Source: an archaeon (GTDB taxonomy: Archaea; Iainarchaeota; Iainarchaeia; Iainarchaeales; 1-14-0-10-31-34). From it: DNA of 50,924 nt. Below are positions 10,101 through 18,120 of the stretch, one piece after another (the stretch's first letter is position 1; each line of letters begins with the position of its first letter). Location of the stretch: positions 1 to 50,924 of the forward strand of contig JBDRIL010000010.1 of the NCBI GenBank assembly GCA_043815885.1, given 5' to 3'. The position numbers and the translations under genes are program-made. The notes beneath the pieces are model-generated. The model was given only the letters and a program-made list of their open reading frames with translations. It was not told the origin of the DNA and did no database searches.

Positions 10101-10857
10101 AGTAGACCCAAAAAGAATAAAGTACTCTAAATTCTGGGAATTGGTTGAAGGGGACATGTACTTTGATTTAGTTAAAAAAATAAAAAGAATCCCTTATTCT
10201 GCTCCAGTTTATGATTTATCAATAAATCCAAGGCAGAATTTTTTAGGCGGCTTTGGAGGCATATTTGTTCATAATACAGAGCGGGGCATCAGGAAGGTAT
10301 TCAGGAGAGCAAGACAGGTTTCTCCAGTAATTATTTTCTTTGATGAAATTGATTCTCTTGCTTCAACAAGGGGATCAGGCTTTGATTCAGGTGTAGGAGA
10401 AAGGACAGTAAACCAATTGCTCACTGAATTGGATGGAATTGAGGATTTAAAGGATGTAGTATTCATTGCTGCAACAAACCGCCCTGATTTGGTTGACCCA
10501 GGATTACTGAGGCCAGGAAGGATAGATAAACTCGTGAAGGTTTCAGCTCCTGATACAAGAGCAAGAAAAGAAATATTCAAGATTCATTTAAAGGGCGTTC
10601 CAATAGCAAAGGACGTAAACACTGAAGAGCTTGTAAAGAAAACAGAAGGATTCAGCGGAGCAGACATTGAGGGATTGGTGAGAGAGTCTGCATTGATAAG
10701 CTTGAAGGAAAACAAGCTTCAGGCAAAGGAGGTAACAATGAATCACTTTTTCCAGGCGCTGAATAAAATTCATGCTTCCATTTCAAAGGAAACAGAGGAA
10801 GCATATGATGGATTCAAGGACAAACACTCTGTATTTAAACCAAGTTACGTGGGATAA
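7180..10857 (+). CDS. cdc48: CDC48/VAT AAA+ ATPase containing an intein
   Basis: N domain, two AAA modules (GPPGTGKT twice, FIDEID/FFDEID, RRPGRFD/LRPGRID); about 730 aa after intein removal. Confidence 0.97.
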   Translation: MVFTLTEKRKEIELNVQDTDPSYVGRNIVTLDRTAKSELDVTSGDIVELEGTKNTAAVIWPARQEDEGRKIIRMDSLIRHNAGASLGEKVRVRKADFKEAKKVILAPTQEVRIIASGYDRILKKSFIGRPINRGDNVWISVFGSGFIYRVLDTNPRGIVKITDFTQFVLKEEPVKEDAEGIPRVAYEDIGGLEEQVTKIREMIELPMRHPELFQKLGISPPKGVLLFGPPGTGKTLLAKAVASETNAHFISINAPAVMSKYVGEAEERIRQMFKEAEDNAPSIIFIDEIDAIAPKREEVIGEVERRVVAQLLAAMDGMEARGNTIVIAATNRVNSLDEALRRPGRFDREVEIGVPDKKGRKEILQIHTRGMPLAKDVDLDHFSSITHGFVGADLAALVKESAMKALRRYLPKMNLEEETIPPEVLEALEVNKKDFLEALKEAQPSALREVMVEIPNVKWNDIGALEEVKEELKQAVEWPLKNPSAFKKMGIRPPRGILLYGPPGTGKTMLAKAVATESEANFISIKGPELVSMWVGESLPYNEELFVKKENEFLKMPIGKIVEEKKKVEVVSFDEKAKSIVSKIADYIKHPIRTNLLEITTKTGRKIRVTDDHSLFTLINGEVNHVPLKYLKEGESYIVIPKKLPEVNSSPKEIDLIEIFKNEKNILVKDAGSLLKPFIKKIGYKSLAEILKIKNKYAYDITDKNVSIPLPKFLLLVKKFNLKIDLKSLRLGVRGSRNALPSIIPLSKNLTKFIGLWVAEGDYNNEFVRIHNKNPEIVAELDRICKNLKLNYTKTKTCFIINSMIFKKLMEKGVGLKKGAKNKRAPKLLFTLPNKLIADFLRGYYSGDGSIYGNSHRYVIEASTESKGLADDLLYLLLRFGIVASCYEKREWNNNKTYRILFMGVKNFREFSRIGFIDKKRNQKIKAYIKAKKWERSDQIPITGKLLSFIEENLNYWTNNLTIGKDRLKKLLNEVDPKRIKYSKFWELVEGDMYFDLVKKIKRIPYSAPVYDLSINPRQNFLGGFGGIFVHNTERGIRKVFRRARQVSPVIIFFDEIDSLASTRGSGFDSGVGERTVNQLLTELDGIEDLKDVVFIAATNRPDLVDPGLLRPGRIDKLVKVSAPDTRARKEIFKIHLKGVPIAKDVNTEELVKKTEGFSGADIEGLVRESALISLKENKLQAKEVTMNHFFQALNKIHASISKETEEAYDGFKDKHSVFKPSYVG
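8791..10275 (+). mobile_element. Intein (495 aa) with LAGLIDADG homing endonuclease in the Cdc48 D2 domain
   Basis: Junctions [11 protein letters not shown] and [16 protein letters not shown]; block [18 protein letters not shown] motifs [10 protein letters not shown] and [11 protein letters not shown]; block F VYDLSI. Confidence 0.95.
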
Positions 10858-10903
10858 AAGCTAAAAGTTATTAATTAATTCATCCTTTTATTATTGATTT
10901 AAA

Positions 10904-11215
10904 ATGGCTTTTGAGGGAACACTCATTGTATTTGAATTAATTACTTTATTTATGGCTATATGCATTGGAGTGCTCATTCTATACAATTACTATTTATCCG
11001 GCCAATTCAAGCTGCAGTATGGGACAAAGTATTTCCTTGTAGCAGTAATTCTTTTTGTATTAGCGGAAATCCTTAGTTTCTCAAGGGAAACCAATATGAT
11101 TACAGTCCCGCAGGTAACTTACGAAATAGCGAATGAAGTGAATGAATTAGTTTTCTTTGTTTTCATTATTCTTGGATTAATAGTTGAAATGCGCGGATTG
11201 AGTGCTAAGACGTAA
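10904..11215 (+). CDS. Small membrane protein (3 TM), function unknown
   Basis: Three hydrophobic segments; fills the intergenic space. Confidence 0.7.
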   Translation: MAFEGTLIVFELITLFMAICIGVLILYNYYLSGQFKLQYGTKYFLVAVILFVLAEILSFSRETNMITVPQVTYEIANEVNELVFFVFIILGLIVEMRGLSAKT

Positions 11216-11905
11216 TTAAAACCCGCCTCCAAGAAACCATAAAACTAATGGAATAAACATTATCCCCCACACCCCGGGATTCCATTTCATTACCTTTGCT
11301 CCGTCAAAAGGCCCGAATGGAATTAAATTGAATAAAGCCAGAAACAGATTAATGGTTATTCCATAACCTATAATCATTGAGGCAATCATTCCCTCTCCTA
11401 ATAAAAGCGGAGCCGAAAAGTTAATTACAATTCCTATTCCAAGAAAACCAATAGCAACAATGATGTTGGTTAAAGGCCCTGCAGCAGAAATTATGCCCAT
11501 TTCCCTGTTAAGGTTCGAGTAATCTTCTTCAAAGTAACCTTCACTCCATTCAACTGTTTCTTTCTTTCTCTTCCTCTTTTCTCCTACATATACTGCTCCC
11601 GGGGCAGCAAAAACGAATCCAAGAAACAATGCCATTCCAACAGCCAATAAAAGGAGGTTAGGCCAAGCCCTGAATCCAGCATAGTATCCAAACTTTCTTG
11701 CAACAGTTCTGTGAGCCAGTTCATGGAAGATGAATCCCGCCCCCACAACAATCAATGAAACAGGAAGGGAAATAAAAAAATCATTAAAATTTATTGGATA
11801 ACCCATTGCAATTGCTCTTAAATTCAGTCTGCTCAGCATTAAAGCAAAAGCCAATCCGATTACAAACCACGCAATTATTAAATCCTTTAATTCCCTTTTC
11901 TCCAC
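11216..11905 (-). CDS. Site-2 protease / peptidase M50 family intramembrane metalloprotease
   Basis: HELAH, AAGPLTN and FNLIPFGPFDG motifs within TM segments. Confidence 0.93.
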   Translation of the reverse strand: MEKRELKDLIIAWFVIGLAFALMLSRLNLRAIAMGYPINFNDFFISLPVSLIVVGAGFIFHELAHRTVARKFGYYAGFRAWPNLLLLAVGMALFLGFVFAAPGAVYVGEKRKRKKETVEWSEGYFEEDYSNLNREMGIISAAGPLTNIIVAIGFLGIGIVINFSAPLLLGEGMIASMIIGYGITINLFLALFNLIPFGPFDGAKVMKWNPGVWGIMFIPLVLWFLGGGF

Positions 11906-12048
11906 TTCAAAAACCCTTCATATTTAATTGCAACCAAAAGAATTATAAAAAAACTTCATTTCCTTAGATTCCCTTTTAACGTTAAATAGTTTATTTCGTC
12001 GTTAGACGTTGAAAAATTCTTTTAATTCTATTCCATTGGAGTTTTTTT

Positions 12049-12222
12049 ATGATTAAGGAAAATAAAGCGCAAATTTCCGTGGAATTGATTATTCTTCTTG
12101 CAGCAGTAGTGGCAGTAGCATTAATACTGATTACGCAGCTGCAGAAGACAGGAACAAAGGGAACAAAGCTGATTGCAGAAAAGAGCGACAAGCTCTTTGA
12201 TAAAATCAGTGACATAAAATGA
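12049..12222 (+). CDS. Small class III signal peptide pilin-like protein (57 aa)
   Basis: Below the ORF track cutoff: MIKENKA|QISVELIILLAAVVAVALILITQLQKTGTKGTKLIAEKSDKLFDKISDIK. GGAG upstream; ATGA overlap with the next gene. Confidence 0.88.
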   Translation: MIKENKAQISVELIILLAAVVAVALILITQLQKTGTKGTKLIAEKSDKLFDKISDIK

Positions 12223-12632
12223 AGGAAAAAAGCCAAGTGAGCCTGGAATATCTTGTGGTTTTTTCTGCCTTTCTTTCAGTCCTGTTGCTGTTCCTTCCAC
12301 TCTACTCAAACCTCTACAACATTGCATTGTTTGCATTGGATGTAAAACAGGCAAAAACCTTTTCCCAGGATATTGATTTTGCTGTAAGGGAATTAACTGT
12401 TCTGGCAGAAGGTTCAGAAAAAACTCTCACCATAAAGCCATTGCTTGAATGGCAGATTGAATCAAAAGCAAACCAATTCCATGTAACAATTAAAAGCAAG
12501 GAACTGGAGAGAGAAGAAACAATTAAAACTTCCCTCAACTCAACCTTAATTCTATATCCAATTACAATAAACAAAGAAACAAGTCTGCAGCTGAAAAAAG
12601 AAAAAGGAATGGTTTCAGTGAAACACTATTAG
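12219..12632 (+). CDS. Class III signal peptide pilin-like protein
   Basis: MKEKS|QVSLEYLVVFSAFLSVLLLFL. Confidence 0.85.
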   Translation: MKEKSQVSLEYLVVFSAFLSVLLLFLPLYSNLYNIALFALDVKQAKTFSQDIDFAVRELTVLAEGSEKTLTIKPLLEWQIESKANQFHVTIKSKELEREETIKTSLNSTLILYPITINKETSLQLKKEKGMVSVKHY

Positions 12633-12974
12633 CCTCACTCCATTCAATTCATTCCCTTCCCTTAAATAAAATCCATCCAAAACCAATTTGTTTTTGTATT
12701 CTCCATCTCCATTGACTTTAATCTTTTTTCCATTCACCTCAATTTCTCCTTTAAGGGAAGGAAAAACCAATTCAAAATCCTGCTTCATTTCTCCCTCAAC
12801 AAATTTCCCTTCCTTTCCCCATACTTTTAGGAGGTCATGGCCCAACTGGGTTATGTATAAGATATTCTCTTCTTCCCTCTCCTCCTTCAATGGAATTGCT
12901 ATTATCACACACAGAAGAATAATCAAACTAATCAGTGCTTCCAATGTAAACACATATCCTTTCTCTTTACCCAC
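12615..12974 (-). CDS. Minor pilin-like protein (class III-like signal)
   Basis: Probable GTG start at 12974: MGKEKG|YVFTLEALISLIILLCVII. Confidence 0.75.
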   Translation of the reverse strand: MGKEKGYVFTLEALISLIILLCVIIAIPLKEEREEENILYITQLGHDLLKVWGKEGKFVEGEMKQDFELVFPSLKGEIEVNGKKIKVNGDGEYKNKLVLDGFYLREGNELNGVRLIVFH

Positions 12975-13410
12975 AAAACATCTCTCCAACCATTCCCTTT
13001 TCCGTCAAACCAATCTCGTTTCTGATTAAAACAAATCTCTTCAATACAATACAATCGCCTTCCTTTTTTTCCTTGAATAGCCCTTCCTTTCCTTCCTTTG
13101 TTTCAATAAACGCCTCTTTTACAAACTCATATCCTTTATTTGAATTTATTTTTTTAAGCAACCCATAATCCAATACATTTTCCTCAACTCTCTTTAACTC
13201 CGGATTGAAGTAGCATGAACCAATCAATGGATTTTCTTCATCTGAATTCTTTACAAGTGAATCAATCAGCATCATTCCATTCTTCCTTAATTGTTCTCTC
13301 CCCCCTTCCTTCACTTCCTCCTGCAATACAAAAAACATCAGGTAAACCATAAACAAAACTATCAGAAACGCGATCATCAAATCAAATGAAAAAACACTTC
13401 CCCTACTCAT
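12967..13410 (-). CDS. Minor pilin-like protein (class III-like signal)
   Basis: MSRG|SVFSFDLMIAFLIVLFMVYLMF. Confidence 0.78.
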   Translation of the reverse strand: MSRGSVFSFDLMIAFLIVLFMVYLMFFVLQEEVKEGGREQLRKNGMMLIDSLVKNSDEENPLIGSCYFNPELKRVEENVLDYGLLKKINSNKGYEFVKEAFIETKEGKEGLFKEKKEGDCIVLKRFVLIRNEIGLTEKGMVGEMFCG

Positions 13411-13768
13411 TTTTTTTCCTGTAATGCTCATTTACTTCAACCTTTAATTTTGTTTCCTTTCCTTCCTCCAGGCTCAGCTCTGAAGGAATAACGAATGCTT
13501 CAAACGTCTTTTCCTTCACCTTGCTCTTCACTTTATTTTCTTCCACAAAACAATTCACTTTCACTTCATTCAGTTTTCCTCCGCTGTTAGCATAAATTGA
13601 ATTCACCAATAAAGAACAATTCAATGCATCCGTCTCTGCCTTAATTGAATCCCCTAACTCTCCTATTTTTTCTCCCTGCTCCATTAATCCTGAAGCAAAC
13701 AATCCAATGACTGAAATAAATACAGTAAACGCAATCATTGAATCAATTGAAGCAATCCCCCTCTCCAT
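13403..13768 (-). CDS. Minor pilin-like protein (class III-like signal)
   Basis: MERG|IASIDSMIAFTVFISVIGLF. Confidence 0.75.
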   Translation of the reverse strand: MERGIASIDSMIAFTVFISVIGLFASGLMEQGEKIGELGDSIKAETDALNCSLLVNSIYANSGGKLNEVKVNCFVEENKVKSKVKEKTFEAFVIPSELSLEEGKETKLKVEVNEHYRKKNE

Positions 13769-14343
13769 TAAACCACCTTTAAAGCCACGGTTTTCTTACT
13801 GTAGTCAACCGGAATAAAAAATAATTGAGTTACAGAAGGCAATTCTATCAAGGCAAAGACGCCTTTCTTCTTCATCAATCCGCCGGTAAAACTCACTTCA
13901 ACCAAATAAATCTTTTCATCCAGGGTAAACACAATCAATTTAACTATTTCATTCAAATCCTTTTCTTCAACCTTCTTTCCTTCCTTTAATTCAATTTTGT
14001 AACTGCTTAAATTATTTTTAAGAAAAAAACTTATTCTTGGTTTTTCCTGAAATCTTTCCTCAATCTTCTGAAAGAAATTCATTAACTCCTTGTTTATTTT
14101 TCCTTTCAGTTTTTCTTCCTCTGTATCCCCCTTTATCACTTCCTCCTTTACTGTCCTCTCAATCAATGAGTCAATTGCTGTTTCCAATTGATTTCTGTAA
14201 AAACTGCTTTTCTCTATCTCTAATGCAATCTCTTCTCCCTTCATTAACTCTTTCCTGCTTTCAGCATGATAAGAATCAAGAGAAAGAAGATTAAACAGAA
14301 AAATAACTACAAGCAGAAAAGAAACCATTCCCTTTGAATTCAC
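13768..14343 (-). CDS. Pilin-like or membrane-anchored protein (class III-like signal)
   Basis: MNSKG|MVSFLLVVIFLFNLL; first gene of an overlapping four-gene run. Confidence 0.68.
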   Translation of the reverse strand: MNSKGMVSFLLVVIFLFNLLSLDSYHAESRKELMKGEEIALEIEKSSFYRNQLETAIDSLIERTVKEEVIKGDTEEEKLKGKINKELMNFFQKIEERFQEKPRISFFLKNNLSSYKIELKEGKKVEEKDLNEIVKLIVFTLDEKIYLVEVSFTGGLMKKKGVFALIELPSVTQLFFIPVDYSKKTVALKVV

Positions 14344-14410
14344 TTTAAAACCAACTCTCTGTTCCTAAAAAAGAAAGAGAAAAAAAAGGATTAAAAGGAT
14401 TTTTCTTCGA

Positions 14411-15040
14411 CTATCGACGTTTAATTTCAGGGAAAAGCGCTTTATTTTGCTTTTTCTTTCCCACAAGATAGCCAAAAACTATTGCAATGCATACAGCTGC
14501 CACTAAAAACAAGACTAACTGACTAAAATCAATTGGAGAATAAACAACTGTAATTCTCTTGTCTTTATCAGAAGTAATCTCTCCTTCTTCAGAAGGCAAT
14601 GTTTCTCCTTTAACAGGAACACTGACTGTTTTTGATTCTTTTAATGGAACATTTAATCCTCCTAATTCTGAATCCGTATAATATCCAGCTGAAGCCCCTG
14701 TATAAAAGGAAAAAGAAATGAATACATACATTACAGCCATCAATGCAATAGCACTCACCCCAATCAATATTATTACATTGGTTTGAACTGGTTCAAGTAA
14801 ATTCTTTCCCTTCCTTGTTAAAGAATAGTACTTCCATTTTCTTCCCTCATCATTCTGTTCAACAATATCTGATTGAATTAAGGTATCAAGATGCTGTTTT
14901 ATGGTCGGGGAAGCCATTTGGAGTTTTGCTGATAACTCTGAAAGAGTGTGGTTTCTTTCCTTCAATAACTTCAGTATATTTATCCTGGTGTTGGAAGAAA
15001 GCGCCTTGAATTCATTTACTGTGAGAGTTATTTCAGCCAT
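14411..15040 (-). CDS. Membrane-tethered ArsR-type winged-helix transcriptional regulator (2 TM)
   Basis: FKALSSNTRINILKLL...TLSELSAKL...TIKQHLDTL...WKYYSLTRKG followed by two hydrophobic helices. Confidence 0.9.
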   Translation of the reverse strand: MAEITLTVNEFKALSSNTRINILKLLKERNHTLSELSAKLQMASPTIKQHLDTLIQSDIVEQNDEGRKWKYYSLTRKGKNLLEPVQTNVIILIGVSAIALMAVMYVFISFSFYTGASAGYYTDSELGGLNVPLKESKTVSVPVKGETLPSEEGEITSDKDKRITVVYSPIDFSQLVLFLVAAVCIAIVFGYLVGKKKQNKALFPEIKRR

Positions 15041-15055
15041 AAAAAATCATTTCAT

Positions 15056-15139
15056 TTAAATCAAGAAAAAAATTATTAAAAGGATAAGGGAAATCTTCTT
15101 GAAGGCAAACCCCAATGCCGCCATTATTAAAGTTTCCAT
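15056..15139 (-). CDS. Putative 27-aa hydrophobic small protein upstream of the ArsR gene
   Basis: METLIMAALGFAFKKISLILLIIFFLI*, stopping 15 nt before the ArsR ATG. Confidence 0.45.
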   Translation of the reverse strand: METLIMAALGFAFKKISLILLIIFFLI

Positions 15140-15214
15140 CAATTTCTTTAAATAGTTTTCAGTTTAATTAGGCAAAAGCTTTTAAAATAAGGAATAACCA
15201 ATTTTATCTGGTAA

Positions 15215-16594
15215 TTGCAAATGCAGTCTTTAACGAAAATCAGTTGGAAAATAAACCTTCTTTCCTTTCCATTCACTATTGCAAGGCTTGTTCCGTACAT
15301 TTTTTTCGGCATATTCTCGGTAATGGTTTTCTTTGTTTTCTCTTTTGCTGCATCCCTTTTCCCTTTTCCTATAAAGGAACTCATTTACCTTGCCCAATTC
15401 ATTGTATTCCTTGATTATTGGATAATGTTCAGAAAAAACGTGATTTATCCTTTAAGGGCCTCCCATATCGCTATAATCACTGAAATACTTAAGGGAGAGA
15501 AAGGGGCTTCAGTCCAGACAAGGGAACAACTAAGCAGAGGCCTCTGGAGAGTGAAAGAGAAATTCGGTTCCCTGACAAAACTAAGAAAATTCGAGAGAAG
15601 GATTGAATTAATCGAGAAAAAGATCCTTGAAAAAGTTTATTGGTTACAGCTCATTCCAAACCTTCTTTCCTCAATAAATGAATTACTTCTCTCTTACATA
15701 CTCTTCAATAATGACTTTGATTTAATGGCTTCAACAAGGGACGGCCTAATTCTTTTACAGCAAAAAAACAGGCAAATCGTGTTCAAGAGCACAGTAATAG
15801 TTGTTATTTCACTGCTTTTATTATTCATTGCTACTGTAGCGGCCTTCTTCCTTCTCCCTTTAATTTCCCCATTCTTCCGGTCCTTGGATCCAGTATTCCT
15901 TTTTCCCTCATTACTTGTATTCTGGCTGATAGTCTATGAATATTTTTCTCCTTTTCTTTTAGTTAAACGAGTCTTAACTTTCCTTGACACAGTAAAGGAT
16001 GACTCTCCCTCAAAGACTACCAGGAATTACTTGGAGGGGGTTTCCCCTGAATTCAATCTTGTTTCCTCTGAAGCAAGGACCTTTTTCCCCATAAAGAGCG
16101 TTTCAAATAGAAACCTAATAAAGTACTTTGAATTGGAAAGAGAAAAAGAATTGGAAAAAGAACAAACAGAAAAAGCAAAAGAAATAAAGAAAGCAATTCC
16201 AATGGAAAAACTGATAAATAAATTCAAGGAAGAAGCAAAAAAGACAAGAGACATAGAGTTCAGGGAAGAAGTAAGATCCAGAAGCATTCAAGAAATTCTT
16301 GCCCCAAAAATAGAGAAAATGCGGAGAGCAATGGAGGCATCCCTTGAAAAACCAAAGCAGGAACTCTCAGAAGAAGAAAAGATAAAAATAAAGACCTTCA
16401 GGATAATAGACCGCCTCTTGGATCAATTAATTCAGGGTTTAGGCAGCGACAAAAAAATAGAGGTCAGAGACATAAAGAAAAAAGAAAGGGGCTGGAAGGC
16501 AATGGCAAAAGTCGACACCTATTTATTTGAATTCGGTTTAGACGAGGACGGCAGAGTCCTTTCCTTCACCGAAATATTAGAAAGAAAAAACTAA
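15215..16594 (+). CDS. Membrane protein with charged coiled-coil region and small C-terminal domain, function unknown
   Basis: About 4 TM segments, then a K/E-rich helical region; the C-terminus loosely resembles PepSY. Confidence 0.75.
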   Translation: MQMQSLTKISWKINLLSFPFTIARLVPYIFFGIFSVMVFFVFSFAASLFPFPIKELIYLAQFIVFLDYWIMFRKNVIYPLRASHIAIITEILKGEKGASVQTREQLSRGLWRVKEKFGSLTKLRKFERRIELIEKKILEKVYWLQLIPNLLSSINELLLSYILFNNDFDLMASTRDGLILLQQKNRQIVFKSTVIVVISLLLLFIATVAAFFLLPLISPFFRSLDPVFLFPSLLVFWLIVYEYFSPFLLVKRVLTFLDTVKDDSPSKTTRNYLEGVSPEFNLVSSEARTFFPIKSVSNRNLIKYFELEREKELEKEQTEKAKEIKKAIPMEKLINKFKEEAKKTRDIEFREEVRSRSIQEILAPKIEKMRRAMEASLEKPKQELSEEEKIKIKTFRIIDRLLDQLIQGLGSDKKIEVRDIKKKERGWKAMAKVDTYLFEFGLDEDGRVLSFTEILERKN

Positions 16595-16645
16595 TGCCCC
16601 AGTAAACAATTTCTTTTAAAACCTCTTTTCCCATTACTCTTTTTT

Positions 16646-17773
16646 ATGAAGCAAAACCTTTTCTTTGGTTCAAAAAAACTGAATGAATTATTTAAGGATG
16701 AAAGGTTTCTCTATAATGAATACATTCCTGAAAGGCTTCCTCACCGGGAAAAGGAAATAAATTCGCTTGTCTTTGCATTGAATCCCCTTGCAAAAGGCAG
16801 GAAGGCAATAAATACAGTTCTTTTAGGCAAAACAGGCACAGGAAAAACAGTTACAACCAAATACGTTTTAAAGGAATTAGAGGAATTCACTGATAGAGCA
16901 AAGAGCCATTACATTAACTGCTTTGAATTCAATTCCCGTGCAGCAATCCTTGCAGAAGTAACTAATTTCCTTGGATTTCCTGTTCCAAGAAGAGGTTTAG
17001 CTGTAGATGAAGTCTACTCCAAGCTATTAAGTGCATTGAAAAGGATTGACTTCACTCCAATAATTGTATTGGATGAAATCGATCAATTAATGCATGGAAA
17101 TGAATCAAAAATCCTTTATGACTTGCTCAGGGTAATTGAATTCGAGAAAAAATTCATTGCCATAATATTGATTTCCAATAACTTTGAATTCACTGCTGGA
17201 CTGGATGCAAGAGTGAAAAGCAGTCTGGCAGAACAAACCATTACATTTGAAAGCTATTCCCCAATACAGCTAAAAGACATTCTCAATGAAAGAATCCAAC
17301 AATCCTTTCTTCCGGGAAAAGTAGAAAAAGAAGCAGTGAATGTTGCTGCAGCACACGCGGCAAGACTTGGGGGAGATGCAAGGATTGCAATTGAATGTTT
17401 ATTGAAGGGAGGAAGAATAGCAGAAAAAGGAAATGCAGCAAAACTCCAGGTAACACACTTAAAAGAGGCCTTTGAATTAGTGGACAGGACTCCATTCCAC
17501 AAGGCAACCCCTTTCCTTAAAGGACCAGAAAAAGAATTGCTTAAGGTATTAGTAAAAAATACGCCGATTAATTCAGGAAACTTTTTTGCCCAATACAAGA
17601 AAACCTCCTCCAAACCCCTAAGCTTAAGGCAGTTCAGAAACATCATAAATGAATTAGAGAAAAAGAAATTAATTGAAGTAAAGCCAGTGGAAAAGGGCTT
17701 GAGAGGAAAGAGCAGAATGATTTCACTGAAAGCAGAAAAGGAACTGCTTGAAAAAGAGTTAAATTTAATATAA
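16646..17773 (+). CDS. cdc6: Cdc6/Orc1 replication initiator
   Basis: YIPERLPHRE, GKTGTGKT, YINC, IIVLDEID, GGDARIAI, C-terminal winged helix with GLRGKSR. Confidence 0.95.
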   Translation: MKQNLFFGSKKLNELFKDERFLYNEYIPERLPHREKEINSLVFALNPLAKGRKAINTVLLGKTGTGKTVTTKYVLKELEEFTDRAKSHYINCFEFNSRAAILAEVTNFLGFPVPRRGLAVDEVYSKLLSALKRIDFTPIIVLDEIDQLMHGNESKILYDLLRVIEFEKKFIAIILISNNFEFTAGLDARVKSSLAEQTITFESYSPIQLKDILNERIQQSFLPGKVEKEAVNVAAAHAARLGGDARIAIECLLKGGRIAEKGNAAKLQVTHLKEAFELVDRTPFHKATPFLKGPEKELLKVLVKNTPINSGNFFAQYKKTSSKPLSLRQFRNIINELEKKKLIEVKPVEKGLRGKSRMISLKAEKELLEKELNLI

Positions 17774-17809
17774 TTGCTTTCCAAATACTTTAGTTGGAGG
17801 GATTTTTTA

Positions 17810-18115
17810 ATGGCAAAAAAGAAAATAATGAATGCTGCAAGAGTTAAACCAAGAATGGATTCAATTCCAGATGAGGAAATGGCTTTCAGGCTGGTAAAGC
17901 TTTACTTTGAAGAAATCGCCAGACTTGGATTTAAAAGAAAGCTTGACTTGGATGCAATCATTAATGCATACTTTTACGCTCTAAGCAGGCTTGGAAGAAA
18001 AGAAATAGAGATGAAAGTAATAAAGGAAAAAGTCCTGAAAGAAGAATCAGAACTGGAAAGAGAAACAAAGGAACAGCTTTTCCCAAACCCGGAAGAAGAA
18101 AGCTCAACGGCCTAA
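17810..18115 (+). CDS. Hypothetical small helical protein
   Basis: ATG at 17810 with strong SD (TTGGAGGGA); 101 aa. Confidence 0.75.
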   Translation: MAKKKIMNAARVKPRMDSIPDEEMAFRLVKLYFEEIARLGFKRKLDLDAIINAYFYALSRLGRKEIEMKVIKEKVLKEESELERETKEQLFPNPEEESSTA

Positions 18116-18120
18116 AATAA

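Noticed and set aside
16595..17809. Replication origin beside cdc6
   Set aside because: The flanking gaps are only about 35-50 nt, with no recognisable ORB repeats or unwinding element.
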